From Mustelus asterias (Eukaryota), in the NCBI RefSeq assembly GCF_964213995.1, contig NW_027591413.1, positions 1-64,000 on the forward strand: a stretch of 64,000 bases of DNA, in the 5' to 3' direction. Below the pieces are notes generated by a model. That model did not search any database, had not been told where the DNA came from, and was given only the letters and a program-made list of their open reading frames with translations. The first letter of the stretch is position 1; every line of letters starts with the position of its first letter. Positions 10,605 through 21,903 of the stretch are shown one piece after another. A program made the position numbers and the translations under genes.

Positions 10605-11432
10605 TGTAGGAGGTAGCTAAAAATGGATACAAAATTGGCTTGATGACAGAAGCCACAGGGCGGTTGTAGAGGGTTGTTTTTTAAGCTGGAGGCCTGTGAC
10701 CAGCGTTGTGCCTCAGGGATCAGTGCTGGGTCCACTGTTATTTGTCATTTATATTAATTATTTAGGTGAGAAAAAAGGAGGCATGTTTAGGAAGTTTGCA
10801 GATGACACGAAGATTGGTGGCACAGTGGACAGTGAAGAAGGTTATCTCGGATTGCAACGGGATCTTGATAAATTGGGCCAGTGGGCTCACGAATGGCAGA
10901 TGGAGTTTACTTTAGATAAATGCGAGGTTATGCATTTTGGTAGATCGAACCAGGGCAGGACTTACTCAGTTAGTGGTAGGTCATTGAGAAGAGTTACAGA
11001 GCAAAGGGATCTAGAGGTACAGGTTCATAGCTCCTTGAAAGTGGAGCCACAGGTGGACAGAGTGGTGAAGAAGACATTCAGCGTGCGTGGTTTCATTGCT
11101 CAGAACATTGAATACAGGGGTTGGAACGTCTTGTTGAAGTTGTACAAGACATTGGTAAGGCTACACTTGGAATACTGTGTACAGTTCTGTTCACCCTATT
11201 ATAGAAATATATTATTAAACTAGAAAGAGTGCAGGAAAGATTTACTAGGATGCTACCGAGACTTGATGGTTTGAGCTATAAGGAGAGGCTGGATAGACTG
11301 GGACATTTTTCTCTGGAATGTAGAAGGCTGAGGGGTGATCTTATAGAGGTCTATAAAATAATGAGGGGCATGGTTCATCGAGATAGTCAATATTTTTTCC
11401 CAAAGGTAGCGGAGTCTAAAACTAGAGGGCAC
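10605..11432 (+). mobile_element. CR1 LINE RT fragment
   Basis: VPQGSVLGPLLF, KFADDTK and LYKTLVRLHLEYCVQF motifs. Confidence 0.92.
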
Positions 11433-12344
11433 AGGGATTCAAGGAATATATGAAGTCAACAATATAAAGTACAATCTGATATGGGAAAGGTTTATCCTGA
11501 AACATCTACTCGATTGAACTGCGATTGTAGAGCATCAGGCCACTGGTTCATTTAAATAAGTTTAAATTTGGGGCACAGGTCAGGGCACAGTTGGTTATGC
11601 AGAGAGTGGTCATCATTTACAATGCAATTTGATCAATGTAACAGAGTCCAAAACAAACATAGTGGTCTCCTAACAAGTAAGGCAAATTATAAGGATGTTT
11701 GCAGATTTCTGAATTGGTGACTTATGATGAGAATAATGAAAGTACCCATTCCCCAGTGCCATGCGACTTCTTGATTGATTAGCTGCAGTGGTCATGAATA
11801 CGTGATGCTCTGTTGGTGCTGAGTGGTAAATGGGTTTCTTTCTGGAGATTCAATGTATTCATTATATGTTCAAAATATGTTTCTGCCAAATCTTTCCTGA
11901 TTTGTATTATTGTTACTGTGATGCAACCTGTAGATTTTAGGACTCCTGTGAAATTGAATGCGAGTTGTTTTCTACATAGATAGCTTTGAAATTTGCTGTT
12001 GAGTGCAATGACCTCGGCCTCAAATGCTTTCCCCAAAATCAGAAATGCTGAATTTTATGACGCAATGTCAGGAAAGAAACGTTCCCACTTTGACACCGTG
12101 CACATATTAGCATCTGCTGCAGTTTACAACAGAATTTAGTTGGTTTAATAGGTGCAGACTAACATAGTTACTCACCATCTGAAACATGTCTAATAGTGGT
12201 GCGTGCTCAAAAATACACAATGCCCTGTATGAACGCAAAGAAACATTAAACTAAATAAAAATACTATCTGTTTCGCGTCGTAAATAAAAGGACTTCATTG
12301 TGTCCCTATACCATCACCCCCGCCCCCCCGCCCCCCACGCCCCC

Positions 12345-12679
12345 TCCACTGACTATAACAGTACATATAAGGATTAGAATGGCTAGTTTCCAAGGTGCAG
12401 GTTAGTGTCACGTTACTTTCCTCCTTAACAGATATTTCAGGACCCAGTTGTTCCACTTTGTCTTGGTGGCTCCATTCTAACAGAAATAACAACAATAATG
12501 AGAATCAGAGTCAGCCTCATGTTGAGCGATACAATTATCATCTCCACCATCACTGTTGCTTTAGCAACAATAACATCTGGGTTGCAGCAGTCAGGAGGAG
12601 CATGTAGTTTTACTGGGAAGGAAAAAAACTTTCTGAGGACTGAAATAATGATGAGGATCCTAGCGAGACAGTTTTCCAT
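12345..12679 (-). pseudogene. TCR alpha/delta-type V pseudogene (V4), inverted and truncated
   Basis: Leader MENCLARILIIISVL from ATG 12679 with mutated donor; acceptor ttag| at 12477; EWSHQDKVEQLGPEISVKEESNVTLTCTLETSHSNPYMYCYSQ (conserved Trp lost), then breaks into a G-rich tract. Confidence 0.75.
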
Positions 12680-13984
12680 GATCCTCCTCAGTCTGTAACT
12701 CAGCAGTGAGAGGAATCCTCCGTCAGAGACAGAAACACAGATCCCCGTCCCATTGCACTGCTCATCCAACCTCAATGAGAGGAATGGCGCAACTTCAGCA
12801 ATCTGTCCAATCACACAATCGGGTCAGAGTGAGAGCAGCAAACGGAAGCTGTGGGCGGGGTACCGCAGATTCAATATTGAGTGAAGCGTGCGGTGACTCT
12901 CAGCGGCACTCGGAACTGTTGGGCGGAAATAGAACCAGTTGAAACTACAGAAGTCTCTTATCATCCTGCGCCTACTCACTTTTCAGGGTGTCTAACAATA
13001 AATAAAGCGACTGCGACATGAAGCAAGGAGAACCATAGAATCTTTGAAAGGCAAATTGGTCATCCGGCGTATCTATGTTTCCTTGGAGGAGTTCTCCAAA
13101 TCATCCAATTCTCCCCGCAGCTCCGTGAAATCTCTGCTTAACTAACTTTGCTCTCAAGAGTACAAGCCCGGTCTCTATAACCTCACCACAAAACTGAATT
13201 TCCTCATCCCTGGAAAGGCGGAGGATTGAGCGGAGATTTTGGAAAATATTGTCAGTTGGCAGATGGGGAAAATGGAGCAGGAAGCAAACCAGAAAACACT
13301 GCCCCAGCTTTGCGAATCTTTAGAAACTGTTTGGGAACTGGAATCAGAGGAGATTGAAGGGTTGACTGACTGAGCAGAGACAATCAAGGCAACCTTCCAT
13401 TCTTTAAGAGGCTGGAACGTTGACTCTGATGTTTTCAGTAAAATTAACTGATCAGAGACATTGAAAGGATTCTCGTTACTGCACATCATCAATTCAAACC
13501 GAATATCAATTTCGGAACAGTCAGAATATTTGGTTTCAGACAAGACACCGAAAGGCTTGAATGGAGACGGCGCCGGTTGTTGGAGAGCCGGTTCCCGATT
13601 ACATGGATGTGTCTGCAATGGGGGGTCTCTGACTATTGGACTTAACTTGTATCTGCAGCTAACCCATTAGAAATCCGTTCAATTATTCCATTCTCACCAA
13701 CCCATAAATTATTCTCTCTTACTCAGTTACACAGTTAATGAGACAGGGAAAAGCTGCAATATTTCAGTCTCCCCCACTCTCCAAACACCCCTGCCGGCAA
13801 AAAGCACTGGCGATTTAGCTGCATAAGTTTTCTAAGAAATGGTGAAGACCAATGTTTGTCAATATTTTGATTGATCCCCTTTTCAGTTCACATTTAACCA
13901 TAAACTGGAATTCGGAAACTTCAGAGCAGTGAGTTTTGATAACGTTTCTGCCCCGTTTATTGCCTGGGACCTGCGCAAATATGT

Positions 13985-14180
13985 GCAAAGATGTGCGGGT
14001 TAGGTTGATTGGCCAGGTTAAAAATTGTCCCTTAGAGTCCTGGGATGCGTAGGTTAGAGGGGGGATTAGCGGGTAAAATATGTGGGGGTAGGGCCTGGGT
14101 GGGATTGTGGTCGGTGCAGACTCGATGGGCCGAATGGCCTCCTTCTGCACTGTAGGGTTTCTATGTTTCTATGTTTCTAT
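13985..14180 (+). mobile_element. HE1/V-SINE 3' half
   Basis: Near-identical to 15625-15820; (TTTCTATG)n tail. Confidence 0.85.
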
Positions 14181-14395
14181 GAATAGAATGTGATAACACC
14201 TTCAATACAGAAAATCCGCTGAGGACAAAAGCGGCTGGTCTAGAAGGTCAAACCGTGCAGTCTGATTTAACTTCACAACCTGATTTGTGGAAGTACAATT
14301 CGGCTCAATACCCTTTTTTGATGCGGCAGAGAAATTCATCTCACATTAGAATCATAAAATGACATTTGCGCCTTTTTTCTCTTTTGCCATGTCTC

Positions 14396-14656
14396 GGGCG
14401 GTACGGTGGTACAGTGGTCAGCACTGCTATCTCACAGCGCTAAAGACCCAGGTTCAATTCCCAGCTTTAGTTATTGTCTGTGTGGCGCTTGTACGTTCGC
14501 CCCGTGTCTGCGTGGGTTTCTTCTCACAGCCTGAAAGACGTGCTGGTTATGTGCATTGACCCCAACAGGCGCCGGAGTCTCGCGACTAAGGAATTTCACA
14601 GTGTCTTCATTGCAGTGTAAGCCTTACTTGTAGCTAATAAATAAACTTTACTTTAA
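14396..14656 (+). mobile_element. V-SINE-like SINE, alternative-tail subfamily
   Basis: Same head and core as the HE1-like copies but tail TTTCACAG..CTTCATTGCAGTG..TACTTGT..TAATAAATAAACTTTA. Confidence 0.75.
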
Positions 14657-14798
14657 CTGAGCATTTTGCAGAATATTATTTAACACTTGGAAATGCAACT
14701 GCAGTTAGGCTGAGAGATAATGTTTTCTGTCAATATTTAAGAACAAACGGAAATTAGGTAACTTTTCCTCACACTGAGAGATGAGGAAATTTGAACAC

Positions 14799-14871
14799 TG
14801 TTGTTGTCCTATTTCACACAGGGAACCATTAACGTGTTAGGTGAATTTATTAAACACCACACTTCAGAAAC
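14799..14871 (-). pseudogene. tRNA-Val(AAC)-derived pseudogene
   Basis: Reverse complement GTTTCTGAAGTGTGGTG..TTCACCTAACACG..GGTTCCC..GAAA. Confidence 0.6.
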
Positions 14872-14938
14872 AGAGAATACATGACTCTGAAGTACAGTCA
14901 GACAGCGCGGTTCGAATTCCAGTCAGTTGTCGAGCATC

Positions 14939-15011
14939 GTTTTTGTAGTGTAGTGATTATCACATTCATCTGAAACATGAAGGGTTCCCAGTTCCAAAAC
15001 GGGTGGAAACA
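14939..15011 (+). pseudogene. tRNA-Val-derived pseudogene
   Basis: GTTTTTGTAGTGTAGTGATTATCACATTC..GGGTTCCCAGTTCCAAAACGGGTGGAAACA aligns along the full tRNA-Val length. Confidence 0.75.
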
Positions 15012-15469
15012 TTTATACTTATTTTTAACCTGAGTGAGAGGAAATTGCTGAATACAGTATCTTACACAGAGTTGCATTTTCCCTTCCCCTGCACATTTCT
15101 GTACACACTCAAACCCGACAGAATATCTCGAACTGGTTACCGTTTCCACCTCTGACAGTTCAGAAAGTTTCTCTCAAACTTGCACATTCGGGCTTTTTCA
15201 TTTGTTCATTCCTGAAACATTGCCGTCGCTGGCCATCATTCACTGCCCAACCCGAGTTGAGATGCAACCATATTGCTGTGGCTCTGTAGTCACATGCAGG
15301 CTAGGCCAGGTCAGAAGGGCAGATTTCCTTCCAAAAATACATTGGTGAATCATATGGGTTCCTTCAACAATCGAAAATGCTTTCATGGTCATCAATGGTT
15401 CTCAATTCCAGATTTTTCGTATTGTATTCAAATCCCACCAGCTGTCCTGGCTGGTCCCCATAATAAAAG

Positions 15470-15820
15470 GGGCGGCACGGTAGCACAGTGGTTAGCACTG
15501 CTGCTTCACAGCTCCAGGGTCCCGGGTTCGATTCCCGGCTCGGGTCACTGTCTGTGTGGAGTTTGCACATTCTCCTCGTGTCTGCGTGGGTTTCCTCCGG
15601 GTGCTCCGGTTTCCTCCCACAGTCCAAAGATGTGCGGGTTAGGTTGATTGGCCAGGTTAAAAAAATTGCCCCTTAGAGTCCTGGGATGCGTAGGTTAGAG
15701 GAATTAGCGGGTAAAATATGTGGGGGTAGGGCCTGGGTGGGATTGTGGTCGGTGCAGACTCGATGGGCCGAATGGCCTCCTTCTGCACTGTAGGGTTTCT
15801 ATGATTCTGTGATTCTATGA
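15470..15820 (+). mobile_element. Full-length, young HE1/V-SINE-like SINE
   Basis: GGGCGGCACGGTAGCACAGTGGTTAGC head, GGGTTCGATTCCC B box, conserved core and CR1-like tail. Confidence 0.92.
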
Positions 15821-15861
15821 TTAGCTGGTCGAGCGATAACTCGCCCGACCTAAAGCATCTG

Positions 15862-15956
15862 CGCGTCAGGTGAGGCTCGAATTTAAAACCTGGGCAAAGC
15901 CCGCAGGACGCACTGCTGTATAAACACCATGCGCTAACCGATTGCGCCACTGGGGC
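15862..15956 (-). pseudogene. tRNA-Ile(TAT) intron-containing gene, degenerate
   Basis: Reverse complement GCCCCAGTGGCGCAATCGGTTAGCGCATGGTGTTTATA-intron-..CCAGGTTTTAAATTCGAGCCTCACCTG; T-arm and acceptor stem damaged. Confidence 0.8.
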
Positions 15957-16900
15957 ACTGCGCCCTACGCATTTGTGTCAGAATATTAAAGGCTACCACA
16001 GCGTCACCTCCATTAATAACAGTCATTTGACGCCACATTTCAGAGAGGGGAACAAACCCATCAAAGATTCTCTCTTCCACAATGAGTAAGACAGGGACAG
16101 GCAGCAGGATCTTACCCCGCACTCTCCAATCGCCCACAGACAGCAGAAAGTGGTAAGTGGCAACTGCAGCTTCAATCAGGGAGTTACTGCCCATGCCAGG
16201 GACACAGAATACTCTAACCCAGGTAAAACGTCACAATATACCGATCAGAGACTCATCAAATCGCAGATAGATTATCGCCCACTCACTGAGCATTCGAGTA
16301 GCATTTACATAATACCCGAGCGAGTCACAAACAACATTTACAGCAACTTTCCAAAACTTTTCAGTGATAAATTCCTTCATTTGGCTGAAAATCTGACTGT
16401 TGTGAATCTGAAAATGGGCACCCTGGGATTTGTGTTACCCAGAGACCTGTCTCCCACTGTTCGTCCGTCAGGTTGTGTTTGTGTTGTACATTGAAGCGCC
16501 TGTCATTTCAAAATGAGGAGAGAACAAAGAAAATATTAAATTGTGGAACAAATCCTGAGGGAAACGGATCATAATATTGGAAGGAGATGCAGTTGTGAAT
16601 GGTGTTATTGATGATTGTATCGAAAGTATTGGATCCTTGGGCTTCTGGTGGTCAGTTCCCTTCCCTCCCGTTGAATTCCTCCCTCTGACAAGAGACATGG
16701 ATTCATTTTAGCTGCACGTTCATAGGAGAAAGGGTATAACCGCTACACCACAGCAATATTACGGATTCGAAATGCACAAAGAGACTTGTGTAGACTTGTA
16801 AATGGTGCGGTGATGCTGTAGTTCTGGAACAGGTTTCGCAGAAATAGAATTGTGATCATTGACACCGTGGATTAGAATATCGTTAACAGCTGCTGTATCA

Positions 16901-16974
16901 GTCTCTGTGGTGCAATTGGTCAGCGCGCTCGGCTGTTAACCGAAAGGTTGGTGGGTCCAGACCACCCAGGGACG
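16901..16974 (+). pseudogene. tRNA-Asn(GTT) with mutated T-loop/B box (probable pseudogene)
   Basis: Near-canonical Asn-GTT, but GGTTCGAGCCC is replaced by GGGTCCAGACC. Confidence 0.85.
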
Positions 16975-17302
16975 GAGCTTGTACTGTTTCCTTACCATGA
17001 TCCTTCAAAAGCAAACAGTTGCGGGTTGGCAATGGGTCCGTGGGCGTCAATAAAAATAGCTCTCAAGTTTTACCGGCTGTACTGTCATCTGTTGTCAGTT
17101 TGAGCGTTGACGCTGCCGGAGAAATGGAGAGCTGGATTTCACCCAGAAAAGCAGCAAAGTTTATAAACAGTGCCGCCTAACTTGGGGTTGGAACCCATTT
17201 CCATTAACAGTGATAAGTTAATGTTGTTCAGCAGAATTACCACAAGACAGTTTATCACAGGTTGATACAAACACTGCAGTAAAATTAAATGCAGTAGAAA
17301 AG

Positions 17303-17605
17303 GACGGCATGGTGGCACAGTGGTTAGTAATGATGCCCCAAAGCGCCATTGGCTCAGGTTAAATTCCTCAGGTCACTGCCTGTGCGGAGTTTGCACCTTG
17401 TCTGCGTGGGTTTCCTCCGTGTGCTCCGGTTTCCTTTCCAAAGATGTGCGATTTCGGTTGCTTGGCCATGCTAAATTGCCCCTCGTGTCAGCGGGATTAT
17501 CAGGGTAAATATGTGGGTTTCCGGGAATAGGGCGTGGGTGGGATTGTTGTCAGTGCGGACCCGATGGGCCGAACGGTCTCCTTCTGTACTGTAGGGATTC
17601 TACAA
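17303..17605 (+). mobile_element. HE1/V-SINE-like SINE, diverged
   Basis: Head, core and tail similar to 15470-15820. Confidence 0.8.
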
Positions 17606-17809
17606 GAATGTTTCATTGTTCATTTTGACTGTAGGAACCAAAAGAGGCGATGCAAGTACAAATTGCTGTGGGTAATTGACGAGCTTGTGGAATGGGGCGG
17701 ATTTTTCTCTCTGCTGTTGAAACTGGCAGCAATATCACTCATGCTTTCGATCAAGAAGTAACTGCAACTCCACCTGCATCATGTCCTGCAAGAAAACAAT
17801 AAATCTTCA

Positions 17810-17880
17810 TTTTCTGACCGGGAATCGAACTCGGGCCGCAGTGGTGAAAACAACAAATCCTAACCATTGACCACCAGGGA
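17810..17880 (-). pseudogene. tRNA-Glu(TTC) pseudogene
   Basis: Reverse complement TCCCTGGTGGTCAATGGTTAGGATTTGTTGTTTTCACCACTGCGGCCCGAGTTCGATTCCCGGTCAG. Confidence 0.85.
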
Positions 17881-17994
17881 AACTGCCTGCAATGGTTTTA
17901 ATCTCGCCTATCTATGGTAACTTGGCGCATTTTTTTCAATTTCAGCGGGGTTTTTTTGTATTCCAGGGACAAGTCCGTCTGACAAGAGCCTCTT

Positions 17995-18620
17995 GATATA
18001 AACAAATTTCCTGCGGATGCTGGAATCTGAAACAAGATCAAAAAATGCCAGAAAATCTCAACTGGTCTGAAAGCCTCTGTGAAGAGAGAATTGAGCTAAC
18101 GTTCAAAGTCAGGATGACCTTCGTCAGAGCTGAAGACAAAGAAACGTGGACGAGATTTATACTGTAATGGTGAGGGATATGGGTGAGGGGTGGGTGGCAA
18201 AGGTGTCACATATCAATCAAGAAAAACAAAAAGGCAAATTAAATGGCGGTGATCATGGCTGAGAAGGGTGCTGCAGGCTGCGCATTAAGAGATCAGAATG
18301 TGCAAATGGCAGAACAAAGGAAATGTAGGATTTGGCCCGAGTGGGATGGAGGGAGAGGGGACAACAAGATGGAAAGTGAGATTTTAAATAAACAGTGCAA
18401 AACATGGAAATCAAAAAAATAAATATAGATATAAAAGAAAAAATATTAATTAATAAAAATAAATTGCATAAAATTAAATAAAACAAAATTAATGGAAATG
18501 GGGTGAAGATGGAGGAAAGGAGATGCTCTGAAGTTGTTGAACTCAGTGTTAAGTCTGGAATGCAGTAAGATCCGAATCGTGACATCGGGGGATGTTCCTC
18601 CAGTTTGCATTGGAATGCCT
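17995..18620 (-). mobile_element. Penelope-like element 3' fragment (GIY-YIG C-terminus, UTR, pLTR)
   Basis: ..LHSRLNTEFNNFR resembles PLE ORF ends; CTGACGAAGGTCATCCTGACT..AACGTTAGCTC hammerhead-like core; terminal TTCAGATTCCAGCATCCGCAG. Confidence 0.7.
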
Positions 18621-19660
18621 CTTGATATCATTGTTTATTGTCCCTTCCGTCACCTTACTGATGATCAAGAGTAGACTGGTGGTAATGTGGGGCGTTGGAT
18701 TTGACCTGATTTTTGTAAAGCGGGCAATCTTGGGCAAGTTGTAGCATTGGCGGTTGATGCCAGTGTTGTAGTTTAGGAACAGCTTAGTTGAAGGTGCGGC
18801 AAATTCTGAAGCGCAATTCTTCAGCACCATTGCCAGAATATTTTTCAGAGCCGTAGCATTTGCTCTTTCCAATGCCTTCAAGTTTTTTTTTACTTGAAAC
18901 GGTATGGAACAATGAAGTGTATCTGTTCTGTTCAGTGTCTACCCCACTCTGGCACTTTCTCTTTTCTCTCTGTAGATCTGTCTCAGTCCTTCCCTCTCTC
19001 AGTCTAACTATCCATTCCCCTTTTTTGTTTTTGTTCCATCTCTTCTCTCCCTGTTTATGTGGAACCAAATTTAACTGAATTGATTCCTGAAATGAGGCAG
19101 TAGTTGAGCTCGGAATTGATTTAAAGTGGGGGAGGAGACTCAATGGGACATGTGATCTAATCCAATTCCATTCATTTGGTTCATTGCCAATACCAGCTCT
19201 GACAGCAATGACTTCTGCTGGTGTCCTTGATGGGAAATCTAAGACACTAAATTTAGGATATGATTTTTATGAAGGAGGGGGATCACATTCTCCCACTGTT
19301 CGATTTTCAATTAAATTACTATAAACGTTATGAACAGCTTTGGTCAAACATGTGATTACTAAAATTTAATGCAGTGGAATGAATCATCATTCATTTTGAT
19401 TCGAGGAACCAGCAGAGAGAATGTAAAGTGAGCAACTGGATAAAAGCAAATTACTGTGGATGCTGGAATCTGAAAGCAAATGTGTCACACAAAACTTTGA
19501 CAAAGGGTCATCCCGACCGAAACGTCAGCTCTTTTCTCTTCGACAGATGCTGCCAGACACAATGTGATTTCCAGCGTTTTCTCTTTTTGTTAAAGTGAGC
19601 AACCGACGGGCTTGTCGGACGAGTTTAGTTGCTCTCCCATTAAATCGGAGCTGCATCATG

Positions 19661-19734
19661 TACCCACGTTGGTATGTGGTCATCATGCTCGCTTTGCATC
19701 TCGAAAGCCCACGGTTCGAAACCAGGTAGAAACA
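19661..19734 (+). pseudogene. tRNA-Val-like pseudogene
   Basis: 3' half GAAAGCCCACGGTTCGAAACCAGGTAGAAACA. Confidence 0.55.
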
Positions 19735-20401
19735 TTTCCCGATGGCTTTGTTTCAAAGTGGTTCGGATTACAGAGTTATCCTCGTTTATCACGAAACTTG
19801 AGTTGAACTATTGAGTTTTCTACGGTATTTCAAGCGGAAATAACTCAGTAAAGAATATAAAAGGGAAGGTCTGTGACAGTGAGTAAGACAACTGACACAA
19901 GGAATAACGGTCAAGGGCAACATTGGTTGGTTCCGGTTATGTTTAAACTTTGCTGCTTTTCTCAGTGTACTCCAGCTCGCTATTCCTCCCGCAGTGTCAC
20001 CGCTGAAACTGAGTCTTTCTCCATCCCGCTTTGTAAATTTCACAATTACTGCTTTCTGAATGAAAACTGCTTGCAATCAGTCGAAGTCAAATAGTTTAGT
20101 ATTTCATTCATGGAGAGGTTTTCTTGTAATTTAGCCCGAGAATGTTATCCAGAAATGAGTGATATTTCTGTCAATGCAAACGGTTAAATCTGACCCATTA
20201 CCACCCAAATTTTCCCTTGTATCACCACCTCTATCGGCAGCGTTTTGCATCATATCACTGTTTTTCACTATTTGTTTTTGTTCTTGACCTGTTGCACGTG
20301 TGACATTTCCAACTCGGAAGTAAAAATGCAAATCTCACTCCACCGATTCTGGCAGAGCTGCTTTGGACCAGGCAGTATTGCTGGTTTGTCTATGAAAATC
20401 A

Positions 20402-20473
20402 TTAAATCTTAACATATCGAACGCAGCCTGCGACCCTGAAAGCGCCGAATCCTAACCACGAGACCACCAGGAT
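20402..20473 (-). pseudogene. tRNA-Glu(TTC) pseudogene
   Basis: Reverse complement TCCTGGTGGTCTCGTGGTTAGGATTCGGCGCTTTCAGG..GTTCGAT; 3' end decayed. Confidence 0.75.
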
Positions 20474-20887
20474 CCCATCTGCCTGATTTTCCGAGAGACT
20501 GATTACAGGAATATGCACAGCGCCAATTGTCCACAGTCACACACTCCTTTCTGTCTGTTAAGATTTGAAATTCTTCATATTTTCACATTGGCTTCCAGTG
20601 TGATGAAAGCAGAGCTCTGATCAGCTGATGTTGTTCAGTAAAATTACCACAGTAATGTTGATATCTGTTCGATGCTAACATTGCTCTTTGAATGTGATCA
20701 GCTGCAGTGAAATTTAATGCAGTTGAAGGGAGCCTACTCATTTTTACAGGAGCAACCAGCCAGGGCAATGTAATGATTAATTGTTGTGGGTAATTGACGG
20801 GATTGTACAACGGGACTGATATTTCTCCCTGCTGTTCAAATTGGCACAAGTATTGAGCGACGATTTTCAGATGGCTGCCGTGAGTTG

Positions 20888-20959
20888 GGTTTCGTGGTGT
20901 AATGGTGAGCACTCTGGACTTTGAATCCAGCAATCCGAGTTCAAATCTCGGCGGAGCCT
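20888..20959 (+). tRNA. tRNA-Gln(TTG)
   Basis: Complete cloverleaf: acceptor GGTTTCG/CGGAGCC, anticodon arm CTGGA-CTTTGAA-TCCAG, T-arm CCGAG-TTCAAAT-CTCGG. Confidence 0.88.
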
Positions 20960-21217
20960 TGCTTTAATTTGCAAAGGCAGATGATTGATTTGCTGAAGGG
21001 CGCTTCGTTTCAATTTCTCACAAAGCACGAATAGAGAGGACAATTTGTCAGCCAGTTCAACTGCTATTACAATGCACATTGCTGAGCCTCAGGCGCCAGA
21101 TCCCTGCAACGTTAGTGTTTTTCATCTTTTCGCTGTCCTTCAACTCCTCTGTTGAAAAAAAGAAGTGGTTGGTGTCACACAATAACAATTCGACTGGAGT
21201 CTGGCAATTATTGAGCA

Positions 21218-21303
21218 AGTGTGTGTGCCTGAGCGTGTGTGTGCGTGAGCGTGTGTGGTGTGTGTGTGAGCGAGAAAGAGAGGGTGTGGGTGTGTGTGTG
21301 TGT
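21218..21303. repeat. (GT)n-rich microsatellite
   Basis: Interrupted GT/GA dinucleotide runs. Confidence 0.85.
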
Positions 21304-21643
21304 TTTGGGATAAAAGTCTACTGTCTTCATTCAGATTGCTGTTGATTCCACGGGTAACGTGTCGCACTCTGGCCTCTCACCTCCTAACTTTTGTTTAGAT
21401 TGAGACAGATAACAGAGTGAATTACACGTCCAGGTGGACACAATGCCCACTGTAGCTTCCCTGCCTCTCAGCGCTTTGTATTCTTGAGCAATCGTTCTCT
21501 GGGGTTGATGCAATGACGCCAGTACAATCATTCGCTGCAGCATCCGTGGTTGCGGTGTAATTTGCTGAAATTTCCACTTACTGAGAATTTAAAATTAAAT
21601 TCCCTTCAGCAAACCCATTATCTGCTTTAGCAAAGAAAAACAA

Positions 21644-21715
21644 TCTTTCACCAAGCTCTGAACTCCGATTACTGCATTCGGAGTCCAGGGTGCTCACCAT
21701 CACAGCAGAGAAACA
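21644..21715 (-). pseudogene. tRNA-Gln pseudogene
   Basis: Reverse complement ..GTGATGGTGAGCACCCTGGACTCCGAATGCAGTAATCGGAGTTCAGAGCTTGGTG. Confidence 0.7.
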
Positions 21716-21838
21716 GGAACAGAGCCGTCCGATGCAAATGGTCACTCAAAGCATGTGACCTTTTTCATTCAATGTGGCAGCAACAGTAAGTGGGTCAAAT
21801 GCTTTGAGTGACCATTTGCAACCGGCTGCGATGTTATA

Positions 21839-21903
21839 GGTTCTCTGGTCTAATGGTGAGCACTCTGAACCCAGCAAACCGCGTCTAAATTTAGGTGGAT
21901 CCT
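21839..21903 (+). pseudogene. tRNA-Gln(CTG) pseudogene with 7-nt deletion
   Basis: GGTTCTCTGGTCTAATGGTGAGCACTCTGAACCCAGC..; one copy of the ACTCTG direct repeat is lost. Confidence 0.7.

Noticed and set aside
13000-13680. Possible coding exon or L1-type ORF1 remnant
   Set aside because: No recognisable motif or consistent frame could be supported by eye
15470-15545. Additional tRNA genes at SINE heads (also 8385, 14396, 17303)
   Set aside because: tRNA-like A/B boxes continue directly into the SINE core and LINE-type tail
16670-17250. Further possible tRNA relics (~16680-16757 and ~17170-17250, minus strand; also ~24781, ~25362, ~27826, ~49792, ~51476)
   Set aside because: Only partial A- or B-box similarity; too decayed to assign boundaries confidently as separate features
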